Position numbers and translations under genes: made by a program. Below the pieces are notes generated by a model. The model was not told where the DNA came from, did not search any database, and saw only the letters and a program-made list of their open reading frames with translations. Below are positions 50,054 to 60,901 of a DNA stretch of 64,000 bases, in pieces. Within the stretch, counting starts at the first letter, position 1. Each line of letters opens with the position of its first letter. Source of the stretch: Calditrichales bacterium. Its GTDB lineage: Bacteria > Calditrichota > Calditrichia > Calditrichales > J004. Location: assembly GCA_965267575.1 (NCBI GenBank), contig OZ254086.1, positions 2,656,001-2,720,000 on the forward strand, written 5' to 3'.

Positions 50054-51700
50054 TTACATGCTTTGTGGCGCGCTAATGCCCAGAACGCGCAGGCCGTTGG
50101 CAAGAATGATGCGCGTGGCATCGGTCAGCGTCAGCCGTGCCAGTGTCAGTTCTTTCTCGTCCCCGATAACACGGCATTCCGTGTAAAATTTGTGAAACAC
50201 ACCGGCCAGGTCGAACAGGTAATTGACCAGCTTCTGCGGCTCCAGTGTCTCCGCGCAAAGCGTCATAATCTCGGGAAAGCGTATCAGCTCTTTGACCAGG
50301 TTGAGCTCTTCGTCTTTTTGCAGTTGGGCAAAGAGCGCCTCGTCACGGCTTTGATAATCCAGCTCTTTGCTCTCGGCCAGGCGCAGGATGCTGCAAATGC
50401 GTGCGTGCGCATACTGGATATAATAAACGGGGTTTTCATCGGATTGTGTTTTTGCCAGCGCCAGGTCAAAGTTGAGATGCGAATTCATGCTGCGCATCAG
50501 GAAAAAATAGCGCGTCACGTCGACACCCACTTCATCCATCAATTCGTCCAGCGTTGTAAAGTTGGCTTTCCGCGTGGACATCTTGATTTTCTGCCCGCCA
50601 TCGGTCAAGGTAACAAACTGGTGGATCAACACGCGCACCGTATCGGCATCGTAGCCCAGCACTTTCAGCGCCGCCAGTACATCGGGATAGGTGTCAATAT
50701 GGTCTGCGCCAAAGATATCAATGATCAGGTCGTAGCCGCGCTTGATTTTTTCAACATGATAGGCCATATCCGGCAGGCGGTAAGTGGGTTCGCCGCTACT
50801 CTTGATGATCACGCGGTCCTGCTCCATGCCCAGTTTAGTCGTTAAAAACCAGGTGGCACCGTCGCGTTCATCCACATAGCCCTTTTCACGAAGCTGCTCA
50901 ACGACTTGCTCTATCTTTCCGTCATCATAAAGCGACTTTTCATTGAAGAAGACGTCAAAGCCAAAGCCAAGGCGTCTCACCGTTTTCTTAATGTCTTCAA
51001 AAATGGCGTCTTCCGCGGCCTGCTTAAAAGGTTCAACCTCTTCGGTTTTCAGCAGATCGTTTCCATGCCGCGATTGCAGCTCGCGGGCGATATCCGTGAT
51101 ATACTCGCCCTGGTAGTGATCTTCAGGAAAGTCAACCTGTTTGCCGCAAAGCTGCTTGTAGCGCAGACGCACGGATTCACCTAAAATACGCATCTGCCGC
51201 CCGGCATTGTTGAAGTAATATTCGCGCGTCACATCATAGCCGGCGTTTTCCAGGATGTTGGCAACCGTGTCGCCCAACACCGCCTGCCGCCCATGCCCGA
51301 TCGTGAGCGGACCCGTGGGGTTGGCGCTTACAAATTCTATCTGCGCGCGCTGGCCTTTTCCCAGCTCCAGCCGGCCGTAGTTTTCCTTCTCCTGCAGGAT
51401 TTGGGCAAATTGCTTAAGCAGGTTTGTCTTTGCCGCGTGGAAATTTATAAAGCCGGGTCCGGCGATTTCTATCTTGCTGATATAGCGGGGGTCTTGTTGG
51501 ATGAAAGCGACGATATCATCGGCAATGGCGCGAGGGTTTTTGCGCAGGGGTTTGGCCAGTTGCATGGCCATATTGCATGCGAAATCGCCAAATTGCTCTT
51601 CCTTGGGCCGCTGCAGAATTACAGGAACATCGCTAATGCCTTTGTCATCGAGGTAAGCCTGTAATTGCCGGCGGATAAAATCTTCCGCGCTGATCGTCAT
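50054..51700 (-). CDS. argS: Arginine-tRNA ligase
   Basis: AGPGFIN, EFVSANPTGPL.IGHGR, KMSTR, NPVYYIQYAHARI. Confidence 0.96.
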   Translation of the reverse strand: MTISAEDFIRRQLQAYLDDKGISDVPVILQRPKEEQFGDFACNMAMQLAKPLRKNPRAIADDIVAFIQQDPRYISKIEIAGPGFINFHAAKTNLLKQFAQILQEKENYGRLELGKGQRAQIEFVSANPTGPLTIGHGRQAVLGDTVANILENAGYDVTREYYFNNAGRQMRILGESVRLRYKQLCGKQVDFPEDHYQGEYITDIARELQSRHGNDLLKTEEVEPFKQAAEDAIFEDIKKTVRRLGFGFDVFFNEKSLYDDGKIEQVVEQLREKGYVDERDGATWFLTTKLGMEQDRVIIKSSGEPTYRLPDMAYHVEKIKRGYDLIIDIFGADHIDTYPDVLAALKVLGYDADTVRVLIHQFVTLTDGGQKIKMSTRKANFTTLDELMDEVGVDVTRYFFLMRSMNSHLNFDLALAKTQSDENPVYYIQYAHARICSILRLAESKELDYQSRDEALFAQLQKDEELNLVKELIRFPEIMTLCAETLEPQKLVNYLFDLAGVFHKFYTECRVIGDEKELTLARLTLTDATRIILANGLRVLGISAPQSM

Positions 51701-52053
51701 GCCACCTGTTCCCGGACAAAAGTCATTTTGGCGTCGCCCCACAATTTTTCGAGGCCGTAATATTCACGTTTTTCCTTGCGGAACAGATGTACAACCACGT
51801 CCACATAATCCAGCAGAATCCAGTGCGGGGAATCAATGCCTTCCTTGTGGTAAATATGCACGCCGTCTTCTTTGCGCAGCTTTCTTTCAATATTATCGGC
51901 GATTGCTTTCAGCTGAACGTCGCTGTCTGCCGAGGCAACCACGAAATAATCAGTGACGCTGGATATCTTGTGCACATCCATGATCACGATTTGCTGTCCT
52001 TTTTTTTCCAAAGCAAAATCTGCAATTTTTTGAGCCAGTTCTTTAGCCTTCAA
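51697..52053 (-). CDS. rsfS: Ribosome silencing factor
   Basis: EKKG, TDYFVV, WILLDYVDVVVH.F...REYYGLEKLW.DA. Confidence 0.95.
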   Translation of the reverse strand: MKAKELAQKIADFALEKKGQQIVIMDVHKISSVTDYFVVASADSDVQLKAIADNIERKLRKEDGVHIYHKEGIDSPHWILLDYVDVVVHLFRKEKREYYGLEKLWGDAKMTFVREQVA

Positions 52054-52071
52054 AATAAAGCTCCAAATGTT

Positions 52072-52776
52072 CTACTGAAAAATTGGTAACGTCTTATAGT
52101 CTTCACCAATAATGATGGTGATATCGGCAATGGGCGACGGGTTGTTGTATGATTCCACGTTGCTGTACAGCACGCCCATTACATCGGCCAGGTCGCGCGC
52201 GTTTTCCACTTTGCCAACCTGGTCAATAATGCGTGTCTCTTTTACTTCCCAGTTGATGTTTCCGCGTTCCATGTAATTGCCGCTGTTCACGATGTCATAA
52301 CGCGAATCCTTGAGAATATTGGCCAGCTTACCGGCAATACCTTTTTCGCCGCATCCGTTTAAAATCTCCAGTTGTATGCGCCGTTCAATAGGTGAATATT
52401 GCTGAGCGGGTATCGGATTTTGCCCGCTGCCCCCGTCATTGGCCGCAGCCTGTGTGTTTTCCGATGGAATCTTCGGCACACTGCTTTCCGTCACCGGCTG
52501 GTTGGCGCTTTCTGAAACCGTGCCTGATGACGGCAGAATGGAATCCGCAAAAGCCAAAATGGAATCGCTGTAGTACCAGGCGGCCGCCGCCATTACGGCA
52601 ATCGCAAGTAAAACAAAAGGAAATTTGGGAATGGATTTCGGGGAACGCTGAAAAGCAGGTGATGTTTGTGTTCTGTTTTTGCGCTTACGGACTGTCTGCG
52701 TGTGAACTCTTCTGCGATGTCTCAAAATTGTGTTAAAACCCCCGGCTATTAAAAAAAATAACCGGACGGCAAACAC
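52072..52776 (-). CDS. Membrane protein with LytR C-terminal (LytR_C) domain; start uncertain
   Basis: TM, low-complexity linker, EILNGCGEKGIA...GN...DITIIIGEDY. Confidence 0.8.
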   Translation of the reverse strand: MFAVRLFFLIAGGFNTILRHRRRVHTQTVRKRKNRTQTSPAFQRSPKSIPKFPFVLLAIAVMAAAAWYYSDSILAFADSILPSSGTVSESANQPVTESSVPKIPSENTQAAANDGGSGQNPIPAQQYSPIERRIQLEILNGCGEKGIAGKLANILKDSRYDIVNSGNYMERGNINWEVKETRIIDQVGKVENARDLADVMGVLYSNVESYNNPSPIADITIIIGEDYKTLPIFQ

Positions 52777-52831
52777 ATATTAACGTTTGAGCCCGGTTAT
52801 AAAAATCGGCCATGTAATTATTCGTTACTTG

Positions 52832-53323
52832 TCATTGTTCAAATCTGGAGAAAAAGGGACTGTAATAGCGCCGGTCAAATCCATTGTAAAACATGGAGTT
52901 GGTGGTATATGGCGCTTTTTCGAAACGCAGCGAAAGCCCGGCGTTCTCCGAGATTTTGTAGTCCAGCTGCGCGCTGCCAAAAAACTGCGGCTGATCCAGG
53001 AATGAGCTTTCGCCAAACGTGTGATAAGGCGTGGACATAATTCCCAGGTTGGTGGACAGCATTACATTTTCGCTGAGCTGAATGTACATGGAATTCATAT
53101 AAGCGTTTTGAAGCATCTGCTGCCCGCCACCCATTCCGAATGAAGCCGAGAAACTGTGGTTCATACGGATTTTGCCGGGATCAATAAAGTCCAGCAAAAA
53201 GTTGTTGGTTGGCTGCGCAACAATCGAACTGAAATCCGGCTGATCGGCGTCTTTTTTGAGCTGGCCAAAAGACAGGGCCGGTATAGCAAAAGAAACCAGC
53301 AGGAAAACGACTATTTTTTTCAT
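52832..53323 (-). CDS. Exported hypothetical protein
   Basis: MKKIVV signal peptide, GGAGG RBS. Confidence 0.7.
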   Translation of the reverse strand: MKKIVVFLLVSFAIPALSFGQLKKDADQPDFSSIVAQPTNNFLLDFIDPGKIRMNHSFSASFGMGGGQQMLQNAYMNSMYIQLSENVMLSTNLGIMSTPYHTFGESSFLDQPQFFGSAQLDYKISENAGLSLRFEKAPYTTNSMFYNGFDRRYYSPFFSRFEQ

Positions 53324-53387
53324 AAATGCCTCCAAAACATTTGGCCAAAATTATTAAACATCCGTCATTAAAGCAACAGACATCCAG

Positions 53388-54125
53388 TTAACGACGACTG
53401 TTTAGAATTGTTTCGGCCTGACGCAATTGCTCAACGGTGTTTATACCGCGTGTTTCATCGAAGCTTTCGGCCACGACAGCACTGATTTTTTTACCTTCGT
53501 TAATGAAAATCTCGATGACATCGGGCAGATAGTATTCGCCCTGGGCATTGTCATTGTCCACATTACTTAAGGCTTTAAACAGGTTCTTCGAGTCAAAAAT
53601 GTAGATGCCCACGTTAATCTCATCGATTTTCAGTTCATCTTCACTGGCGTCTTTGTGTTCCACAATTCTGGCCACAGAACCATCATTATTTCGAACGACA
53701 CGTCCGTAGCCGGTCGGATCATCCAGGCGGGCGGTGAGCAACGTGCAAACCGCGGCATTATCCAGATGGCTTTGTACCAGTTTTTGCAGCGTCGTTTCCG
53801 TAAGCAGGGGTACGTCACCGGACAAAACAAGAACTGCGCCGTCAAACTCTTTCAGCTCAGGTTCGGCCATCTGCACGGCGTGACCGGTGCCCAATTGCTT
53901 TTCCTGTATCGCAAAACGCACATCACGATCGCCACATTCCTCTTCGACAAGCTCCTTTTTGTGGCCTATCACAAGGATTGTTTTTTCCGATTTCAGCTTA
54001 TCGGCCAGATCAATGACATAATGGATCATGGCTTTGCCGTTCAGGGGATGCAGTACTTTAGGCAAGTCCGATTTCATGCGGGTGCCTTTGCCCGCGGCCA
54101 TGATTACTGTAGCGAGTTTTTGCAT
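53388..54125 (-). CDS. GlmU-like pyrophosphorylase, N-terminal domain only
   Basis: MAAGKGTRMKS.LPKVLH, QLGTGHAV, GDVP, GYGR, NAQGEYYL; no hexapeptide domain. Confidence 0.88.
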   Translation of the reverse strand: MQKLATVIMAAGKGTRMKSDLPKVLHPLNGKAMIHYVIDLADKLKSEKTILVIGHKKELVEEECGDRDVRFAIQEKQLGTGHAVQMAEPELKEFDGAVLVLSGDVPLLTETTLQKLVQSHLDNAAVCTLLTARLDDPTGYGRVVRNNDGSVARIVEHKDASEDELKIDEINVGIYIFDSKNLFKALSNVDNDNAQGEYYLPDVIEIFINEGKKISAVVAESFDETRGINTVEQLRQAETILNSRR

Positions 54126-54143
54126 GAAGTTCTCCGTTATTCG

Positions 54144-54989
54144 TTAATAGGTTAAAAGCGTATTGTCAATCAGCCGCGTTGTGCCGACATAAACAGCCAG
54201 GGCCAGCAAAATCGTGTCGCCCTTTTGGTACTCTTCGGTGAGCGAAGAGGCGTTTACAAAGCTTACGTAATCTACGCGGCATTGCGATTGCGCCTTAATA
54301 TCGGTAATAATTTTTTCGCGTATTTGGGGAATGTCACGATTGCCTTCGCTGAAGGCTTTTTCGGCATAGGCAAGGCTGCGGCTGAGCACCAGTGCCTGGC
54401 GGCGTTGCTCCGGTGACAGATATTTATTGCGCGAACTCATCGCCAGGCCGTCTTCCTCACGCACAATCGGAGCCACCTCAATCTCCGTGCGGAAGTTAAG
54501 ATCACGCACCATGTTTCGGATGATCAGCGCCTGCTGTGCATCCTTCTGCCCAAACACGGAGACCTCAGGATCCACGATATTAAAAAGCTTGCTTACGACC
54601 GTGATGACACCGCGAAAGTGCGTCGGACGACTGGCCCCGCATAGAAAGCTGGCCAAAGATTCGTTCACAACATAGGTTTGATGGTCCTTGCCGTACATCA
54701 TGCCGTCCGATGGAGTGAACACCGCATCCACGCCCTCGCTGCGGCAAAGCTTAAGGTCGCGCTCCATATCGCGCGGATATGCATCGAGGTCTTCGTTGGG
54801 GCCAAACTGGGTTGGGTTGACGTAGATGGAAACAACAACGCTGTCTGAAAGCTGGCGGGCGCGGCGTATCAGGCTGAGGTGGCCTTCGTGCAAATAACCC
54901 ATAGTCGGTACAAAACCGATGCGCTTGCCTGTAGCATGCCGCTCCAGCGACCAGGCGCGCATGGTTGTAACGGAATCAATAACTTTCAT
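54144..54989 (-). CDS. panC: Pantoate-beta-alanine ligase
   Basis: VPTMGYLHEGH, NPTQF, FGQKD, GLAMSSRN, RLIDN. Confidence 0.96.
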   Translation of the reverse strand: MKVIDSVTTMRAWSLERHATGKRIGFVPTMGYLHEGHLSLIRRARQLSDSVVVSIYVNPTQFGPNEDLDAYPRDMERDLKLCRSEGVDAVFTPSDGMMYGKDHQTYVVNESLASFLCGASRPTHFRGVITVVSKLFNIVDPEVSVFGQKDAQQALIIRNMVRDLNFRTEIEVAPIVREEDGLAMSSRNKYLSPEQRRQALVLSRSLAYAEKAFSEGNRDIPQIREKIITDIKAQSQCRVDYVSFVNASSLTEEYQKGDTILLALAVYVGTTRLIDNTLLTY

Positions 54990-55791
54990 CTTCTGAAGGG
55001 AACTTTACATTGCGAACGTCTTCAATGTAGGCGCGGACCGCCTTTTCCATGGCTTCACCCATTTCGGCGTAGCGGCGTACAAACTTGGGGCGGAACTGAG
55101 TGAACAGCCCCAGCATGTCGTGGGTTACCAGCACCTGGCCATCACATCCGGCGCCGGCACCAATACCGATGGTCGGTACCTTTAATGAAGCGGAAACCTG
55201 GTGCGCCAGCCTCGCGGGGATTTTTTCCAGCACAATACTGAAGACACCGGCCTCCTGCAGAATTTGCGCGTCTTCTACAAGTTTCTTTGCCTCGGCTTCT
55301 TCGCGGGCGCGCAGTTTAAAACCTCCAAAACGGTGGATCGATTGCGGGGTAAGGCCCAGGTGCCCCATAACCGGAATGCCCACATCCACCAGGGCACGAA
55401 TTGTGTCCGCCATGTGTCGGCCGCCTTCGATCTTAACCGCCTCTGCGCCGCATTCCTGCAAAAAGCGTCCGGCGTTTTCCATGGCCCGTTCTGTGCTTGC
55501 CTGGTATGACATGAAAGGCATATCGGCTACCAACAAGGCATTCTGCACGCCGCGGCGAACCGAGCGTGTATAAAAAAGCATATCTTCCATGGTCACGGCC
55601 AGGGTATCGCTTTTGCCACCCATCACCATGCCTCCGGAGTCGCCGACGAGGATAATGTCAATACCGCTCTGGTCGAGGATATGCGCCATCAACGCGTCAT
55701 AAGCAGTGAGCATGGCGATTTTGCGGCCACCCTTTTTCATGGCCATCACATCGGGGACGGTGACTTTTTTTCTGTCATTTTGCACAGACAT
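54976..55791 (-). CDS. panB: 3-methyl-2-oxobutanoate hydroxymethyltransferase
   Basis: TAYD, LVGDS, DMPF, KIEGG, GHLGLTPQ, GIGAG..CDGQVLV. Confidence 0.96.
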   Translation of the reverse strand: MSVQNDRKKVTVPDVMAMKKGGRKIAMLTAYDALMAHILDQSGIDIILVGDSGGMVMGGKSDTLAVTMEDMLFYTRSVRRGVQNALLVADMPFMSYQASTERAMENAGRFLQECGAEAVKIEGGRHMADTIRALVDVGIPVMGHLGLTPQSIHRFGGFKLRAREEAEAKKLVEDAQILQEAGVFSIVLEKIPARLAHQVSASLKVPTIGIGAGAGCDGQVLVTHDMLGLFTQFRPKFVRRYAEMGEAMEKAVRAYIEDVRNVKFPSEDESY

Positions 55792-55808
55792 GCTGAGAGA
55801 GTCCTTTC

Positions 55809-56927
55809 TTATTCAGCGGGGTCATAGCTGTCAATAATGGCGCCGCCAACGACGCTTTCACCTTCGTAAAATACGCACGATTGCCCCGGCGTTACAGCTT
55901 TTTGTGGTGTGTCAAAACGAACTTTAACGCCAGTGGCGCCCGCTGGATAAATGGTCGCCATGCTGCCGGCGTCTTTATAACGGATTTTTGCCCGGACGTG
56001 TAAGCCTTCTTCGGGGATTTCCGGGTACTTGATCATGTTCAGCTGCTTCCCGATAAACGAATCACTGCGCAGCTCGTCTTCCTCGCCGATGACCACTTCG
56101 TTTGTTTGCGGGTTTGTGCCCAGCACGTACATCGGTTTTTCAAAACCGCCGCCCAGACCGCGGCGCTGCCCGATGGTGAAAAAGGGATAGCCTTTATGCT
56201 TACCCAGTTTTTCTCCCTGCCGGTTTACCAGATCGCCCTCGCTTACTTTTTCTTCCAGGCCCGGCACCACTTTTTTCAAAAAGCGATTGTAATCATTGTC
56301 GGGTACAAAACAGATCTCCATCGATTCTTTTTTCTCGGCCGTGCGCAAACCATATTTGCGGGCCAGCTCACGCACCTGAGGTTTGGTCAGCTCGCCCAGG
56401 GGATAGAGCGTCCGGGCCAGACTGTCCTGCCGTGTACCCCACAGGGCATAGGATTGGTCCTTGCGCGGATCGAGACCCATGTGCAATTCATAGCGCCCGC
56501 TGTCTTCATTAAAGCGCACCCGTGCGTAATGCCCCGTTGAAACGTAGTCGGCGCCCAGCTCGGTCGCTTTATCCAGCAATGTTTTCCACTTGATCTTGAT
56601 GTTGCACTGCACACAGGGGTTGGGCGTGCGCCCGGCGAGATATTCATCAATAAAATCATCGACAACGCCGTCATGAAATTCACGGCTGAAGTTGAGCACG
56701 TAGTGGGGGATTCCGAGCCTGGCGCATACCATCCGCGCGTCATTGATCGAATCGAGCGAACAGCAACCGCTTTCGTGGTTGACATTGCCGCCCACCAGCT
56801 CATAATCCCACAGCTTCATTGTTATTCCGATGCAGTTGTAGCCTTGCTCCTTAAGCAAAGCGGCGGCTACGGAACTGTCCACGCCGCCGCTCATGGCAAC
56901 AACTACGGTCTTATTATTTGCAGACAT
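55809..56927 (-). CDS. mnmA: tRNA 2-thiouridylase
   Basis: AMSGGVDSS, TPNPC, TGHYA, KDQSY, TIGQR, TPGQ. Confidence 0.96.
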   Translation of the reverse strand: MSANNKTVVVAMSGGVDSSVAAALLKEQGYNCIGITMKLWDYELVGGNVNHESGCCSLDSINDARMVCARLGIPHYVLNFSREFHDGVVDDFIDEYLAGRTPNPCVQCNIKIKWKTLLDKATELGADYVSTGHYARVRFNEDSGRYELHMGLDPRKDQSYALWGTRQDSLARTLYPLGELTKPQVRELARKYGLRTAEKKESMEICFVPDNDYNRFLKKVVPGLEEKVSEGDLVNRQGEKLGKHKGYPFFTIGQRRGLGGGFEKPMYVLGTNPQTNEVVIGEEDELRSDSFIGKQLNMIKYPEIPEEGLHVRAKIRYKDAGSMATIYPAGATGVKVRFDTPQKAVTPGQSCVFYEGESVVGGAIIDSYDPAE

Positions 56928-56943
56928 AAATTGAGTATACGTT

Positions 56944-57360
56944 TTATAGATTTTTAGAAATAATTACTTCTGTACCTTTATCCGAAACATTGTATTCGAC
57001 GTCATCCATCAGGGCGCGCACCAGGTAAATACCCCGTCCGTTTTCCGCCAGCAGGTTTTCCGGTTCAAGCGGGTCGCGCACTTTTTCCGGATTAAAGCCT
57101 GTTCCCTCATCATGGATGTGGATGGATAATCTTTCTGCTGACATTTCAAAATGAATGGTTACCTTTTTTTTAGGATCGTTTTTATTTCCGTGCAGGATCG
57201 CATTGTTAACCATTTCCGTCAACGCTATCGAAATATCATCAATGTCATCTTCCGTGAAACCGCACTTACCGGCGATTTTGCAGGAAAGATTTTCGATCTC
57301 TTCCAGGTATTCCACACTGCTGGGAATTGTCTTTGAAATGGTTTTTGTCCCGTCGGTCAT
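56944..57360 (-). CDS. RsbW-like anti-sigma factor / HATPase_c_2 protein
   Basis: E.VNNAILHGN, DEGTGF, GRGIYL...MD; start placed at MTDGTK. Confidence 0.85.
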   Translation of the reverse strand: MTDGTKTISKTIPSSVEYLEEIENLSCKIAGKCGFTEDDIDDISIALTEMVNNAILHGNKNDPKKKVTIHFEMSAERLSIHIHDEGTGFNPEKVRDPLEPENLLAENGRGIYLVRALMDDVEYNVSDKGTEVIISKNL

Positions 57361-57495
57361 AATTTCTCCAAAGTCGGCCAATTTATTTAGCCCCCTTTTT
57401 ATTGTCAAATAGGCATAAAACGATCTTCGGCCTTTTATTGCTTAATAAAAGATAAAAGCTTTAGATTTGGAATCATTTGACCATGGACACGACTC

Positions 57496-57879
57496 ATGAC
57501 TTTGCTGCTCAGACTGATTAATGCTCATTTCCCATGGATTCTGATGATTGTTCTGATCTCCATGCAATCCGCATTATCCGGCCCCGTTATCGGCTTAAAG
57601 ATCGGGTATGCCGACAAGCTGATACATTTTTGTACGTTCGGGGTTACAGCCTGGTTCGCCACACGCGGAATAGCGATAACAGCGCGTAAACCTGTAAAGC
57701 GTATCTGGCTTTGGATAATTCCCTTTGGCGGGGCTTTTTTCGCTATCATCGACGAATGGCACCAGTCACTTGTCCCCGGACGCAGCCCCGATCCCGCAGA
57801 CTGGCTGGCAGACATTCTTGGCGTAACCATTTTCATGCTGCTTTACATGAAAAGATTCCCCGAATTTTTCAGGGAGTAA
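57496..57879 (+). CDS. VanZ-family membrane protein
   Basis: DKLIH, DEWHQSLVPGR...DWLAD.LG. Confidence 0.85.
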   Translation: MTLLLRLINAHFPWILMIVLISMQSALSGPVIGLKIGYADKLIHFCTFGVTAWFATRGIAITARKPVKRIWLWIIPFGGAFFAIIDEWHQSLVPGRSPDPADWLADILGVTIFMLLYMKRFPEFFRE

Positions 57880-58795
57880 GCCGCAGCCTCATATTGCCCC
57901 CACGGAAAACAGCCACTACCGGCCGGTGATCGGATACCGTTGAGGCATAGCCGTTTATCTGGTTGTCCAGGTATTGCACTTCCGCGCTGCCAATCCCGAA
58001 TTCATCAAAGCTGGACTGAGATATCATGATGTGATCAATCAGGCTGTTAAAGCTATTTGAGATATAGGATTCCTGGTCGAGACCGTTGGTAAGAAACCTG
58101 TATTCATCGCTTTTGCTTAAAAAGGGCATAAATACATTATCCGTTTCCGGATCGTCGAGCTGGTCATTCCAGTCTCCCACCACCACGAAGTCGGCATCGG
58201 CACCGGCGCGTATCTCTTCATCGATAAACAGTTCCAGCTTTTGGCATGCTTCACGACGCCGGGCCTCATTGCTATCGCCGCCAAGCGCTTTAAGGTGCAA
58301 CACAATCAGTGTAAAATCGTATTTGACGCTGTCCAGATCGCGCACGGTAACGAATGCTGTCAGCGGTGGCCGCGGAAAGGCGTAACCGTCATCTTCAAAA
58401 ATGTTACGCACATTGGCAATACTGATAAATTCGGATTTATAAATGATCCCCGTTTTCTGGTAGCTGCCACTGCTGTACACATCGTTGCTTAACACGGCGC
58501 GGTAACCGGGCAGCGAATCCATCAGACTGTTGAACGCGGACACGTCGGCTATCTCCTGTACGCCAAACAGATCGATATCCAAATCACGTATCAGCTCTTT
58601 GACTGCAGTGATGGTGCCGGCTCCGCCTTTGGGATAATTTTCAATATTCCAGGTGGCAATTTCCAGATACTCGTGCTGGCCCACCGGCTTAACCACCGGT
58701 CCCGGGTCATCATCCGGCGCGTTGACCCGCGCGTTGCAGGCCAGCAAAATAAAAATTGCAGACAGTAGCGTCGTTTTTTTAATAAATTTGTTCAT
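57869..58795 (-). CDS. Endonuclease/exonuclease/phosphatase family lipoprotein
   Basis: TWNIE, QEI, HLKA, GDWND, IDHI, SDHRPV; lipobox LLAC. Confidence 0.88.
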   Translation of the reverse strand: MNKFIKKTTLLSAIFILLACNARVNAPDDDPGPVVKPVGQHEYLEIATWNIENYPKGGAGTITAVKELIRDLDIDLFGVQEIADVSAFNSLMDSLPGYRAVLSNDVYSSGSYQKTGIIYKSEFISIANVRNIFEDDGYAFPRPPLTAFVTVRDLDSVKYDFTLIVLHLKALGGDSNEARRREACQKLELFIDEEIRAGADADFVVVGDWNDQLDDPETDNVFMPFLSKSDEYRFLTNGLDQESYISNSFNSLIDHIMISQSSFDEFGIGSAEVQYLDNQINGYASTVSDHRPVVAVFRGGNMRLRLTP

Positions 58796-58955
58796 AGCTT
58801 TATTAAGTTTATACATCCTGTTTTTTGTTCCCTTCCGTGTAATGAGGTGTAAAAAAGAGCAGGGAATTTACGTAAAAAAGATCGGTTTTTAAAATTGTCT
58901 GAAGTCTTTTAAGATTAAATGTTTTTGCTGTTTGAGGATGGCTTAAGGAGTAAGC

Positions 58956-59954
58956 ATGAGAAATTCCAAAATTATCGGCCTGGGCAAGTATCTGCCTGAA
59001 CAGAAAGTTACCAACCACGATCTTGAGAAACTGATGGAGACGTCAGACGACTGGATCGTTGAGCGTACCGGCATACGTGAGCGGCGCTATGTAAAGCCGG
59101 GTGTGGAAACCCCGTCCTACATGGGAGCCAAAGCTGCCGGGCAGGCGCTGGCGATGGCCGGGCTGGAAGCAAAGGATATCGACTTTATCGTTTTTGCCAC
59201 GCTGAGTCCGGATTTAACGTTTCCCGGATCGGGCTGCCTGATGCAGGAGCACCTGGGTATTTATGGCATTGGCGCCCTGGATGTGCGTAACCAGTGCAGC
59301 GGCTTCGTTTACGCGCTGGCTGTGGCCGACCAGTTTATCAGGGGCGGTATGTATAATAATATTCTCGTAGTCGGCAGCGAAGTTCAAAGCACCGGCCTCA
59401 ATTTTTCCACTGCCGGACGCGACGTAGCTGTTATTTTTGGCGATGGCGCAGGCGCCGCGGTGCTGTCCGCGACCACTGAAAAAGGCAAGGGCATCCTTGC
59501 CAGCAACATGCACGCGGACGGCCGTTTTGCCCGCGAGCTGATGGTGGAAGAGCCGGGCAGTATCAAAGAAAAGCGCATTAATCCCGAGTTGATGCAGAAC
59601 GGCAACGGCTATCCCTACATGAACGGGCGCTATGTGTTTAAGCACGCCGTTACCCGTTTCCCCGAGGCGATCCAGGAAGCGCTTTATGACGCGGGTCTTT
59701 CCATTAACGATGTGGACCTGGTTATCCCGCACCAGGCAAACCAGCGCATCACCGAAGCTATCGCGCAGAAGCTGAGGTTACCACAGGAAAAAGTGTTCAG
59801 TAATATCCACAAATACGGCAATACAACAGCGGCGTCTATACCCATAGCCCTGCGCGAAGCCTGGGAAGAAGGGCGCATTAAAGACAACAGCCTTGTCTGC
59901 CTGGCGGCTTTTGGCAGCGGCTTTACCTGGGGCGCCAATTTAATCCGATTTTGA
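58956..59954 (+). CDS. fabH: 3-oxoacyl-ACP synthase III
   Basis: WIVERTGI.ER, QCSGF, FGDGAGA, PHQAN.RI, YGNT.AAS. Confidence 0.93.
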   Translation: MRNSKIIGLGKYLPEQKVTNHDLEKLMETSDDWIVERTGIRERRYVKPGVETPSYMGAKAAGQALAMAGLEAKDIDFIVFATLSPDLTFPGSGCLMQEHLGIYGIGALDVRNQCSGFVYALAVADQFIRGGMYNNILVVGSEVQSTGLNFSTAGRDVAVIFGDGAGAAVLSATTEKGKGILASNMHADGRFARELMVEEPGSIKEKRINPELMQNGNGYPYMNGRYVFKHAVTRFPEAIQEALYDAGLSINDVDLVIPHQANQRITEAIAQKLRLPQEKVFSNIHKYGNTTAASIPIALREAWEEGRIKDNSLVCLAAFGSGFTWGANLIRF

Positions 59955-60016
59955 TTTTGAAACTGTTTTTGGCTTGTTTAACTTTCACGATTTGAAACGA
60001 AACCAAGGAAGACCCC

Positions 60017-60901
60017 GTGCCTAAGAAAACGAATCCGTTTAATGTTCTGCAAAATACATCCATGCGCCGCCCGGAGTGGCTGAAGATACAACTGGGCAGC
60101 AACAAGCACTTTAGCGAGCTGCGTACAATGGTAAAGCAGAAGTCGCTTCATACTGTGTGCGAAAGTGCCCGCTGCCCCAACCTCGGCGAGTGCTGGAGCC
60201 GGCGCACGGCCACCTTTATGATCCTTGGTGATATCTGTACCCGCAGTTGCACGTTCTGCAACATAGACGTGGCCAAACCGACACATTTTGACGATGAAGA
60301 GCCTTTCCGAGTGGCCGAGGCGGTGAAGCAGCTAAATTTGCGCCATGCGGTTATCACGTCCGTTGCGCGCGACGATATGGCTGATGGCGGCGCTTCCATG
60401 TTCGCCGCAACGATCCGTGAAATCCGTGTGCAGCAACCCGGCTGTACGGTGGAGGTGCTCATACCTGACCTCAAAGGTGACTTGGATGACCTGGATATTA
60501 TCCTTGATGCCAAGCCGGATATTCTCAACCATAACCTGGAAACGGTGGAAAGACTGCAGAAAGCGCTACGTGTTCAGGCCACCTACAAACGCTCGCTCTC
60601 CGTGCTGGCGCATTCCAAGCAGCGCGGTTTTGTAATTAAATCCGGCATTATGGTCGGCTGCGGCGAAGAGCAAGGGGAAATCGTACAAACCATGAAAGAT
60701 CTGCGGGCGATCGATTGCGACATTCTCACCATCGGCCAGTATCTGCCACCCAGCAAAATGCACTATCCGATCCATCGCTACTACAGGCCGGAAGAGTTTG
60801 ACGAGTTGAAAAGCATTGCCATGGAACTTGGTTTCCGTCATTGCGAATCGGGGCCGCTGGTGCGCAGCTCTTACCACGCCGACGAGCAGGTACCATCCTG
60901 A
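60017..60901 (+). CDS. lipA: Lipoyl synthase
   Basis: VCESARCPNLGECW, CTRSCTFC, NHNLET, VRSSY.A. Confidence 0.96.
   Translation: MPKKTNPFNVLQNTSMRRPEWLKIQLGSNKHFSELRTMVKQKSLHTVCESARCPNLGECWSRRTATFMILGDICTRSCTFCNIDVAKPTHFDDEEPFRVAEAVKQLNLRHAVITSVARDDMADGGASMFAATIREIRVQQPGCTVEVLIPDLKGDLDDLDIILDAKPDILNHNLETVERLQKALRVQATYKRSLSVLAHSKQRGFVIKSGIMVGCGEEQGEIVQTMKDLRAIDCDILTIGQYLPPSKMHYPIHRYYRPEEFDELKSIAMELGFRHCESGPLVRSSYHADEQVPS

Noticed and set aside
53388..54125. Truncated glmU as a pseudogene
   Set aside because: The ORF ends cleanly at the domain boundary, and single-domain GlmU-like pyrophosphorylases are known; not treated as novel.
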